DNA of 64,000 nucleotides from a virus. A program made the position numbers and the translations under genes. Every line of letters begins with the position of its first letter. Position 1 is the first letter of the stretch. The stretch covers positions 1-64,000 of the IMG/VR virus record IMGVR_UViG_3300042453_005575. One strand, written 5' to 3'. Under the pieces are notes generated by a model. The model ran no database searches, was not told the origin of the DNA, and saw nothing but the letters and a program-made list of their open reading frames with translations. Shown one piece after another: positions 10,922-18,869 of this stretch.

Positions 10922-12163
10922 ATGGCTATTTTAACACTGTCAAAAAACAATAAAAATCAATACAGGAGATATCCATTTAAACAAAATACAAAGTGTATCT
11001 CTGAGGACGGGTTCGTTCTTTCTGACAAGATTATAGTGAATTGTTCGATCACGAGCACTTATGGTTTTCATAATTTGTTTATTAAACAAATTTTCTATAA
11101 AGAGAATATAGTCCGAATAGCTCTAGCTTCTGTAATTACTCGAGCAGCTTTAGGCATATTCGAGGGCGAGATATATGATGATTTTACTGTAATTCCATTT
11201 ACTGCATTTAAAAGATACATATCCGGTACTTTAACAATAGGTTCGTTCGAGGAGCTGCAAAAAATAACGAGAATATTATATTTTTCAGAAGATGCTACCG
11301 AACTAGAGGAATCTACAATTTTTTGCTATACTCCACCTAGCGTGTCTAGTGTTCGAGACATAAAAGATAATGAAATTCGTGGGCATGTTAATTACGGGAC
11401 ATTAATTAATTTAACAAAGTCTAAGCCCGCACTTCGCGACACACGGCTTAAAGTCAATAACACAGAACCCATATTTAATATGTCGGATAAATCCACGAGA
11501 TTAGGAAATTGCCCCAATCCTATTATTAAAACTATAAATGGTGTAGAGCCTTACCCGGTTCTTTCAGATACAGGGACCGACGCGGACAAGAACAATGGCA
11601 ATATTTATCTTTTTGGTGTTTTACCTGTGGCGTTTTATGGGGTAGAAGGCCAAAATAATCAATTTGAGGCAGGGTCGTTAAATTTATCAACAGAAAGTCT
11701 TTCTTTAGACTCGCTGTGTACACAAAGAAATAAAGTAATTCCTCCGACACCGGAAAAAATGTTTTATACATCCATTGTTGACCCGGATAAACTTCCTTCT
11801 GGTGTAACTATAGATTATCCTATTCGCGTTTTAGGCAAACTCGAAGCAACACAATACCTTCCGGCCGCAGCTTTAAGAGGAGATGCTTACGTTATAGGCT
11901 TAGAATTATATGTAGCTGATAAAGATTCCCCGAGCCCTGAGGAATGGGTTAATGTGGGCGACTTTATAAACCAATATTATACCAAACCAGCTTTGGAGAC
12001 CAAGGAGGCCGACCCTATAACGGCTTTACCTCCGTACGACCAACCAGCTAGATTGGCTGGTAATTTCTTTACAGCTACTAGACCAGAATTTTACTACTGG
12101 CCTCAATTTGTGAAACCTGAGCATTACAACGAGTGGAGGAACGATAGCAATGGCAATATATAA
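10922..12163 (+). CDS. Putative virion structural protein (paralog 1)
   Basis: 413-aa ORF with N-terminal NKNQYRRYPF and IKTINGVEP...GNIYL motifs shared with the next two genes. Confidence 0.6.
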   Translation: MAILTLSKNNKNQYRRYPFKQNTKCISEDGFVLSDKIIVNCSITSTYGFHNLFIKQIFYKENIVRIALASVITRAALGIFEGEIYDDFTVIPFTAFKRYISGTLTIGSFEELQKITRILYFSEDATELEESTIFCYTPPSVSSVRDIKDNEIRGHVNYGTLINLTKSKPALRDTRLKVNNTEPIFNMSDKSTRLGNCPNPIIKTINGVEPYPVLSDTGTDADKNNGNIYLFGVLPVAFYGVEGQNNQFEAGSLNLSTESLSLDSLCTQRNKVIPPTPEKMFYTSIVDPDKLPSGVTIDYPIRVLGKLEATQYLPAAALRGDAYVIGLELYVADKDSPSPEEWVNVGDFINQYYTKPALETKEADPITALPPYDQPARLAGNFFTATRPEFYYWPQFVKPEHYNEWRNDSNGNI

Positions 12164-12869
12164 TGTATTAAGTTGGAGAAACGAGAATAGTTTAACAGGG
12201 CACCCTTTCCAAAACGAATCCCCGATTCCTGGGTTCATTGTAGATGCCAGGTTTGTCCAGTTTGATGGGTTCATTCCGTTATTAAAAAGTGTTCGGGTTG
12301 AGGATGACTCGGTGTTTCTCGATATACTTTTTGATTTACCTAAAAGTATTGAAGTGGTTTTTACAAAAAATTGGTTTAACTTAGGTGAAAAAGGAAGGCA
12401 TATCTATATTCACTATTCTACTCCAACGTATCGCCGTTACATGGGCTCTATTAGTTTTGGTGAAGGAACATCCGAGTTATGGCCTGGTTATGTAGGAAGA
12501 AAATTAAATTTTGGGCTGCAATTTTTACCTGAAACAGTCAGATCCATACCATCAAAAGACGCGGTGTATACGTTTGATGGAGATTATGGAGATGTTACGA
12601 TAGGCCGCGCGAATAACGATAGTTCGATATTTTTTAATAAAACACCTAACGCCATAGTGCATAATGCTGTCGGTGGGCATTCTGTAGAAAATACTGTTCC
12701 TCAAGGGTTGAGACAAATTAATCTTGTAAAACCCAGAAACAATAATATAAATCTAGCTTCGAACGATATTATTAAAATGAGCTCGCCTACAAACACTACG
12801 CTGGTTATTTCGTTGGTCGGCGGCTCGACCAGCGGGAGATCTTTCGCAGCACCAACGCTATCTTCATAA
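12150..12869 (+). CDS. Putative virion structural protein (paralog 2)
   Basis: 239 aa; WRNENSLTGHPF and RQINLVKPRNNNINL motifs. Confidence 0.6.
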   Translation: MAIYNVLSWRNENSLTGHPFQNESPIPGFIVDARFVQFDGFIPLLKSVRVEDDSVFLDILFDLPKSIEVVFTKNWFNLGEKGRHIYIHYSTPTYRRYMGSISFGEGTSELWPGYVGRKLNFGLQFLPETVRSIPSKDAVYTFDGDYGDVTIGRANNDSSIFFNKTPNAIVHNAVGGHSVENTVPQGLRQINLVKPRNNNINLASNDIIKMSSPTNTTLVISLVGGSTSGRSFAAPTLSS

Positions 12870-12872
12870 TAT

Positions 12873-13817
12873 ATGGACCAAATAATTGACTGGTTAAACG
12901 AAAACGAATATCGAAGTTTTCCCCTTATAGAAGACTTTACTAGAGTCACAGGAGGCTCTGCAGGAGGCTGGGAGCTAGATAATGGAGTAATACTCGATGC
13001 GCAGATCGTGAACAACAATTCCTCATTTCCCACAAACTCAGCTAATTTCAATGTTCTGCTGAAAACTATAGAACATGTGACTGAATTTGGAACTCGAAGT
13101 CTGAAGTTTATTTTCGGAGATACCGGCAATACATTTGTTACTTTCACGGTAACCTCTCCTCTAAACAAGGTATACCCATTGTACCTCAGGGATCCATCCA
13201 CCGGGAGCTTGCTTGTTTTGGGGGAAGCCACAAAAAAAATTCCTATGGTGGCAACTGATGTAGATGGTGTCGCCACGTTGAGTATTCCAGTAGAACCTTC
13301 TGTTTGCTATGATTTTACAGAAGCTTGGCTGGGTGTGAAATCGATAGATTCTTTGGATAATAAGAAAACTCTGACGATTGTCGGTAATCCTACTGATTCT
13401 TACAAACCTTTTCTACCTCTTCAACCCGCAGACCCCAGCAATCCTCTCCAAGGAGATGTATATTTTTTAGAAGGCTACAATTTCAAAGTAGACATGAGTG
13501 ATGGCTTTGTTAATTTATATGTAGGAGCTGAGTATGGGCTACAAATGGAGTGCGGACTGTCATTTATAGCTTCGGAATATTTGGATTGCGATGAACTTGT
13601 GTCGTATATAAATGGAATTCCTCCAGACAATAAGGGTAATTTCCGACTGCTAGGAGGAAATAATATAAATATAATCGAAGGCACTGCGCTGCCGTTCGAA
13701 ATCAATGATCCTTTTGAAGTAGAAACTGACGCCCGCCCGCATTCGCTGTTTGTCGGCTTGACTTTCGAAAGTTCTGACTTATGCTCACCTATAAGTATAG
13801 TGCCTACAATTGAATAA
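12873..13817 (+). CDS. Putative virion structural protein (paralog 3)
   Basis: 314 aa; WLNENEYRSFPL and SYINGIPPDNKGNFRL motifs. Confidence 0.6.
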   Translation: MDQIIDWLNENEYRSFPLIEDFTRVTGGSAGGWELDNGVILDAQIVNNNSSFPTNSANFNVLLKTIEHVTEFGTRSLKFIFGDTGNTFVTFTVTSPLNKVYPLYLRDPSTGSLLVLGEATKKIPMVATDVDGVATLSIPVEPSVCYDFTEAWLGVKSIDSLDNKKTLTIVGNPTDSYKPFLPLQPADPSNPLQGDVYFLEGYNFKVDMSDGFVNLYVGAEYGLQMECGLSFIASEYLDCDELVSYINGIPPDNKGNFRLLGGNNINIIEGTALPFEINDPFEVETDARPHSLFVGLTFESSDLCSPISIVPTIE

Positions 13818-13819
13818 TT

Positions 13820-14152
13820 ATGACAACATCCAGTAAAAATAAACGACTTGTGTTTACAAGTGTAAATCAGCTAATTACATTATTGAAAGATAACCCTGAT
13901 ATTGCTAGACAAATGCCTAGATTTGCTCCGTTAGCTAAAGCAGAACTAAGTTCTTCACCTAAAAAAGGATGTAATTGTGGAGCTAAACAAAATATAGTTA
14001 CTCCTGACGTCAATAAGCAAATAGCTGAAGGAATCTTATCTTCCCTGACTAATGAAGATTTTGTTCAAATTAAAAATATTTTAGAATTATCTGAACTATG
14101 TTATTATAAGAGAGACAAAGAAAATAATAAGCTAGAATTAATTTGTGTATAA
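13820..14152 (+). CDS. Hypothetical protein with CxC motif
   Basis: 110-aa ORF packed in the operon; KKGCNCG. Confidence 0.6.
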   Translation: MTTSSKNKRLVFTSVNQLITLLKDNPDIARQMPRFAPLAKAELSSSPKKGCNCGAKQNIVTPDVNKQIAEGILSSLTNEDFVQIKNILELSELCYYKRDKENNKLELICV

Positions 14153-14800
14153 ATGATAAAAGGTGACAAAGAGCAATATCTTGAAAATGGAGTGAATAGC
14201 TCAGACCCTCTCCTAGTGGGCAACAGCGGCTATAATTCACGCGCACCAGGTAAAAGCAGTATAGTCGCTAGAGGGGTGAGCCCTACTAGCACAGAAGAAA
14301 ACCAACTTTTTCTTGATGGAATTCCTGGGGCGATTTTTCAGCGTGGCGAGCCTAACCCTGATGTGTTTTATCAGGGGGATGATGTTATTTATGACGTTTA
14401 TCTATTTTTCCGTGGAAAACCTGTTACCACAGACGACTATGAGATAGTAGTTTCAGTTAAACCTAGCCCAAGAGCGATAAATGATATTTGGCGCGCCACA
14501 TCAGAATCCGGGTTAAGTGAAGTAAAAACTAGCGGAGCAGGTTATTTTGAAATATGGATTCCTTCGCAGGTAACCTCAGAAATATTGGCTGGTTCGTATT
14601 ATATTACTGTGTGGGTTAAAGAAAAGTTTGCGGCTACCGGAGGAAAATACGATAGATCAAGCGTTATTTTAACCCACATCTTCAACATCACCTATAGCGC
14701 TTTTTCACCTAAGCCTGAAACAGCATCTTCAGAATCTTTTGAAAAAATACACCGAACGAATTTAGAAAAAACTTGGCCTCCACACCAAAGTACAATCTAG
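14153..14800 (+). CDS. Hypothetical protein, possibly a BppU-like Ig-fold baseplate/adaptor
   Basis: FYQGDDVIYDVYL...IWIPSQVT...AGSYYITVWV resembles the BppU N-terminal pattern. Confidence 0.4.
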   Translation: MIKGDKEQYLENGVNSSDPLLVGNSGYNSRAPGKSSIVARGVSPTSTEENQLFLDGIPGAIFQRGEPNPDVFYQGDDVIYDVYLFFRGKPVTTDDYEIVVSVKPSPRAINDIWRATSESGLSEVKTSGAGYFEIWIPSQVTSEILAGSYYITVWVKEKFAATGGKYDRSSVILTHIFNITYSAFSPKPETASSESFEKIHRTNLEKTWPPHQSTI

Positions 14801-14856
14801 TTATTTTCAAACATCCCCAAGCCATATTTAGTTATTATTTAAGGTATAATAATTAG

Positions 14857-15228
14857 ATGAATAATAGCTATTCTGAAAAAAATTATAGCGAAAGCGTAAT
14901 TTTTAATTTAAGTGAAGGAAATCATGGTGCTATTCGTGTACTCATGGATTCTTTAATAAACAACGAAAAAATAGACCCACAGAATGCTTGGGGGGCGCTA
15001 GGTTTCATACTCAACATTGCTGCTATGAATATTAGGGGCAGTAGAATTTGGGTACTCTATAAAATGGTTGGTTGCGATTTGGTCAAAGCTACAGCCATTA
15101 TTCGAGCAGCTCAACTTGGGATTATATCTAGAGCGGAGCTTAGAAGAATGATAGACTTTGAGGATGGAGCTTGCGCAGATGCGTTGTTGTGTAAAGTTCG
15201 AGAAGTGCTAGAAGACTTTGCCATGTAA
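14857..15228 (+). CDS. Hypothetical phage protein
   Basis: 123 aa; LSEGNHGAIRVL...IRGSRIWVLYK; TATAAT lies 6 nt upstream of the ATG. Confidence 0.7.
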   Translation: MNNSYSEKNYSESVIFNLSEGNHGAIRVLMDSLINNEKIDPQNAWGALGFILNIAAMNIRGSRIWVLYKMVGCDLVKATAIIRAAQLGIISRAELRRMIDFEDGACADALLCKVREVLEDFAM

Positions 15229-15280
15229 AAGCACTGAGAAAACATTTATATGTTTTCTCTTTAGCTGTTAGATAAATTTA

Positions 15281-15321
15281 TAATTTTTTGGTATAATATA
15301 TTGAACGGCACTATTGTGCTT
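15281..15321 (+). promoter_or_regulatory. Repeated promoter-like element, copy 1 (upstream of tmRNA)
   Basis: TTTTTTGGTATAATATATTGAACGGCA(C)TATT(G)TGCTT; near-identical copy at 16927-16968; contains TATAAT. Confidence 0.7.
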
Positions 15322-15360
15322 TCGCTTGATTTTTTGTTAGCGTAGTATTATATTATTTAT

Positions 15361-15786
15361 GGGGGTATACTGGCTTCGATACGTAGTCCGTGTATCATAA
15401 AACAGCCGAGGATGATTCGTTGGCCTCGTAAAAATCGAATCAAAAACTAAACGCCAATATTGAAATGGCTCCTTCTCTCGCAGAAGCTGACGCTATCCTC
15501 GAAGCCACCGGCTTTGTTGATTCCGAGCAGCTGATGGCCGCCTGACCGGCGCCATCGCTTAAGAAGGCACAGGACCGAGGATTGAGAGTAACCTCGCGGC
15601 TGCGAAACGCCGTAAAATCTCTCAAAGATGATGGTAAACCATTCCGCTCGAATATGCGTTAATTATTCCTCGACTCATGTTAGGTCTCCAGCCGACCGTA
15701 TATGAGTTTAAATAAATAAGCTGGTAAGCTGTAGCTTTTATGCTATGTTAATTACGTAGACAGGGGTTCGACTCCCCTTACCTCCA
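15361..15786 (+). ncRNA. ssrA: tmRNA
   Basis: 5' GGGGGTATACTGGCTTCGA; 3' T-arm GGGGTTCGACTCCCC and acceptor TACCTCC-A with G3.U pair; tag ORF 15453-15545 ANIEMAPSLAEADAILEATGFVDSEQLMAA*. Confidence 0.95.
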
Positions 15787-15794
15787 CATTTTAC

Positions 15795-15866
15795 TGCAGG
15801 GTCGACAAGGGGTTAAGTCACTGCGCTCATAACGCAGCATCGAGGGTTCGAGTCCCTCCCCTGCTA
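15795..15866 (+). tRNA. tRNA with CAT anticodon (Met or Ile2)
   Basis: Cloverleaf: GCAGGG/CCCTGC acceptor with 1:72 T-T mismatch, CTGCG-CTCATAA-CGCAG anticodon arm, GGTTCGAGTCC T-arm; CCA not encoded. Confidence 0.9.
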
Positions 15867-15875
15867 ATCTTTTTT

Positions 15876-16553
15876 ATGAAAAGTATATTTTATGCTCCCG
15901 TTCTTGAAACTGGGAAAAACCACCAAATATTGTTTTGGGGCTGCTTGCATTATAGGCACAATCCTAAGTGGGAAATTCCTCTATGGAAACGCCGAGGTTT
16001 TAGTAGTTCTGAAGAACATGATGCTGCAATTATAGATAGATGGAACAGCAGAGCTTCTAAAGAGACTATCGGCTTTTTACTCGGTGATAATGTTTTTGGG
16101 TATAACGCAGCTGAATCTTTTCGAAGTTTATTAAATCGTCTGGTTTTCAATCGGATATATATAATGCCTGGAAATCATCAAGCCGGGTGGAAACAAACTT
16201 TTGAATCTTTGGATGAAAATATTTATTTCGCTCAGCATGGTGGAGAAGTAGTGCTTGTTCCGAATTATTTAGAAGCTTATATTAACGGGCAAGCTGTTGT
16301 TATGAGCCATTACCCCATATTATCTTGGAATGGCCAAGCAAAAGGAAGCTGGATGTTGTTTAGCCATGTACACGGCTCTCTGAACAAGTCAGAGGTGGGG
16401 AGATTATATTTAACTAACGGGCTTAACAAAGAAGTATCCGTAGAAGCTTCACCTTATCCTTCCTCGTTCGGGGATATAAAGGAATGGATGTCTCGAAAAA
16501 CACTTTTTTCTCCGGACCACCACGAAAAAAGTAACAACACTGGTTTAATTTAA
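15876..16553 (+). CDS. Calcineurin-like metallophosphoesterase
   Basis: Motifs GCLHYRH, LLGD, PGNH, SHYP, SHVH. Confidence 0.85.
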   Translation: MKSIFYAPVLETGKNHQILFWGCLHYRHNPKWEIPLWKRRGFSSSEEHDAAIIDRWNSRASKETIGFLLGDNVFGYNAAESFRSLLNRLVFNRIYIMPGNHQAGWKQTFESLDENIYFAQHGGEVVLVPNYLEAYINGQAVVMSHYPILSWNGQAKGSWMLFSHVHGSLNKSEVGRLYLTNGLNKEVSVEASPYPSSFGDIKEWMSRKTLFSPDHHEKSNNTGLI

Positions 16554-16673
16554 AACTTTGCAAGAAGTAAAGTAATTACCCCATAATTATTTTGCTTTTG
16601 CAGATGGTGGAGAGGCGGCATAACCTGTCGTCCCTGGCGCGCCGTGACCGCCTTATGTCCGGCAACCTTTTTT

Positions 16674-16904
16674 ATGAACGTTAAAGAATTAATCGAACAA
16701 TTATCCAAACATGATCCTGAAGCTATGGTGGTAATAAGAGGCTATGAGGATGGTGTTGATGAAGCTATTAAAACCGAAGCAGTGCAGATTTCTAAATTTC
16801 CTATTGTTGAATGGTATTATGGAAAATACAGAATTGAACACCAGGCTGAGCCGAATATAAAAACAACCTCGGCTGTGTATATAAACAACGGTAAATATTT
16901 TTAG
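16674..16904 (+). CDS. Hypothetical phage protein
   Basis: MNVKELIEQLSKHDPEAMVVIRGYEDG; the ATG at 16674 is preferred to the GTG at 16644. Confidence 0.7.
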   Translation: MNVKELIEQLSKHDPEAMVVIRGYEDGVDEAIKTEAVQISKFPIVEWYYGKYRIEHQAEPNIKTTSAVYINNGKYF

Positions 16905-16926
16905 AATCAACAAAATATATTTTAGT

Positions 16927-16968
16927 TAATTTTTTTGGTATAATATATTGAACGGCATTATTATGCTT
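16927..16968 (+). promoter_or_regulatory. Repeated promoter-like element, copy 2 (upstream of the ncRNA cluster)
   Basis: Direct repeat of 15281-15321. Confidence 0.7.
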
Positions 16969-16984
16969 GTTTTTAATTTTGGCC

Positions 16985-17078
16985 GTGTGCGGCCATAAGA
17001 TAACCTCGGTAACGAGAACAAAGTGGATCGCCATCACCGTGGCGATCTGCGGGGGTCCTCGACCCCTCCGAGCACACA
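16985..17078 (+). ncRNA. tRNA-like cloverleaf RNA (non-canonical)
   Basis: GTGTGC/GCACAC-A closing stem, CTCG-GTAA-CGAG, GATCGCCA-TCACCG-TGGCGATC and GGGG-TCCTCGA-CCCC arms. Confidence 0.5.
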
Positions 17079-17093
17079 AGGAGGTAATCATTA

Positions 17094-17697
17094 TTTCTGC
17101 CTGTTGAGGGTTTTAAAGGAATAATGCTTTCCGGTTGAGACCCGGAAGGTGAGTGCTAAAAACACAATAAGTAAACCTTTAGCTGATATGCGAGCAACTA
17201 GACTGGTAATCTAGGTATCGCGTTCAGCAGCTTAGAAGTTTTCGCTGAGAAAGGCAGAGGAAACTTCAAAACCGTGCTAACCAGGCACAGGATCAGTAGC
17301 GCATCAATTCTCTCAAAAGGAGAGTTGGCGGAACCCGCGAGCACTGATTCAGGATCTCAGGTGATATCTAGCCTTCTAACAGGGGCATATAGAAACCTAA
17401 AAAGGAAAGCCTCGGGGCTTCTGCAGTGAAAGATGACTTCGTCCCAGGAAAAGCCTGGGGTTTATCGGCTCCCTAAAGCCGGTATTAATAGAGGTTAGGA
17501 TAATCTTTGGAACCTGTAGCAGGGTTTGGAGGGTGCGCAGCCTTCACAGAGAGGAACTAGCGAACAACTGTGGATGAAACCTTGATTTGGGGTAACAAAT
17601 CGTCATTGCTAGATACGTTGCAAAATAACGTGGATAAAACGGAGAATCAATATACTTCGTCAAAGCCTAGTAGTTGTAGCTGTAATCTCAGGCTGCA
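17094..17697 (+). ncRNA. GOLLD-like large ornate RNA
   Basis: About 600 nt, ORF-free and helix-dense; terminal hairpin GTAGCTGTAATCTCAGGCTGC as recalled for GOLLD 3' ends, with loop TAATCTC able to pair with GAGGTTA (17491-17497); phage tRNA context. Confidence 0.65.
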
Positions 17698-17705
17698 TTA
17701 ATTTA

Positions 17706-17778
17706 ACTCGACTTGGCGAGTATAAACAGGATGTAGGCCAAGAGCGGCAGGCTATATTTTTTACATAGCTTGCAATTC
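17706..17778 (+). ncRNA. Pistol-like self-cleaving ribozyme
   Basis: ACTCG-ACTTGG-CGAGT-ATAAACAG-GAT-GTAGG-CCAAGA-GCG-GCAGGCTAT...ATAGCTTGC-AATTC: P1, pseudoknot, AAA linker, GCG core and P3 are all present. Confidence 0.7.
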
Positions 17779-18212
17779 GGCAAGTGTGCTGCAGCATACT
17801 TTACCTCGACCGGGCTAGGCTCTAAGCGTTTGTGGAAACTTAGAATAAGTATCTGAGGTCAGGTCTCCACAGACCTGAGGCGAGATACAAACTAGTTATA
17901 CAGAGTAGACCTCGCAATCCGGCTTGCTTTGGTTGTTGCCTCTACTCATGATTTATAATTTTGGAGGATATCGAAAGAAATACATTCTATGTTTAAACAT
18001 AAAAGTTCATATACCTCCATTTCTTTTTGTGTATCTTTTTTGGTACGCAAAACCACTGGCCCAGCAGTGAAGTGCTGCAATCTGGGACAAATTTTTAGCT
18101 ATTTACTGGTTTAGCGGTATAACCTCGAACCAGGTAAATTTAATTCATAAAAACAATAGAAAGTAAAAATGAGCAACAAACTAAATTCAAACAAAGACTG
18201 GGAGGAACTCTA

Positions 18213-18491
18213 ATGATTACATACAAACCGCCAGGCAAGATTAAAATTTCAAAAGAGCGTAAAGTGGACATTATAGACATACTCGATGATATTATTGGAG
18301 ATATAGCGAATGATGCTTTTTTTAACCCCAAACTATCAGTTAATGACTCTAACTATGAGAATATCGCAAATCTCAACGATATCCACCGTGAGCTTCAAGG
18401 AATAGATTTTATTGCTGTAGAACTCCAGAAACTTAAAATCGAACGCACCAAAGAAGCTAACAATTTACTTAAAAAAATAATTAAAAAATGA
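18213..18491 (+). CDS. Hypothetical protein
   Basis: 92-aa ORF; stop overlaps the next start. Confidence 0.55.
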   Translation: MITYKPPGKIKISKERKVDIIDILDDIIGDIANDAFFNPKLSVNDSNYENIANLNDIHRELQGIDFIAVELQKLKIERTKEANNLLKKIIKK

Positions 18492-18823
18492 CTAATTATA
18501 CATTTGGCGTTATAACAAAAATTCCTTCATACAAAGAAGGCGGAAACCTCTATAGTTCTCTGATGGTTAACGAAGAAAAACAAGAAGATGGTTTTGAATC
18601 ATATAGAGAACTTAATGATGAAGACGAAGATGTAGAAAGTAGAGATAATGCAAATTTCATATGGGCACGAAGACCTACCTTTGAACTGGGAGAGATTTTA
18701 ATTCTCGACGGTGAGTATGGAAGAGAAGTTTGTGGAAAAGGGAGAAAACCCTCTAAATGGGCCGTAGAATGTATATATTTTTCGGATCTCGAAACCGCTG
18801 TTGAGCGAGCTAAAAATCTATAA
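18488..18823 (+). CDS. Hypothetical protein
   Basis: 111-aa ORF. Confidence 0.65.
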   Translation: MTNYTFGVITKIPSYKEGGNLYSSLMVNEEKQEDGFESYRELNDEDEDVESRDNANFIWARRPTFELGEILILDGEYGREVCGKGRKPSKWAVECIYFSDLETAVERAKNL

Positions 18824-18869
18824 TTAAATTAAAGTTGTAATTAGTAATTTTAAACCAAATAAAAAATAA

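Noticed and set aside
15440-15625. Minus-strand 61-aa ORF
   Set aside because: Antisense to the tmRNA.
16604-16668. HDV-like (theta) ribozyme or SAM-SAH riboswitch
   Set aside because: Only partial resemblance: no P2 partner strand, and the SAM-SAH consensus order is not met.
17094-17700. Group I/II intron or RNase P RNA
   Set aside because: No interrupted host gene, and no recognisable P7 core, domain V or GAGGAAAGUCC motif.
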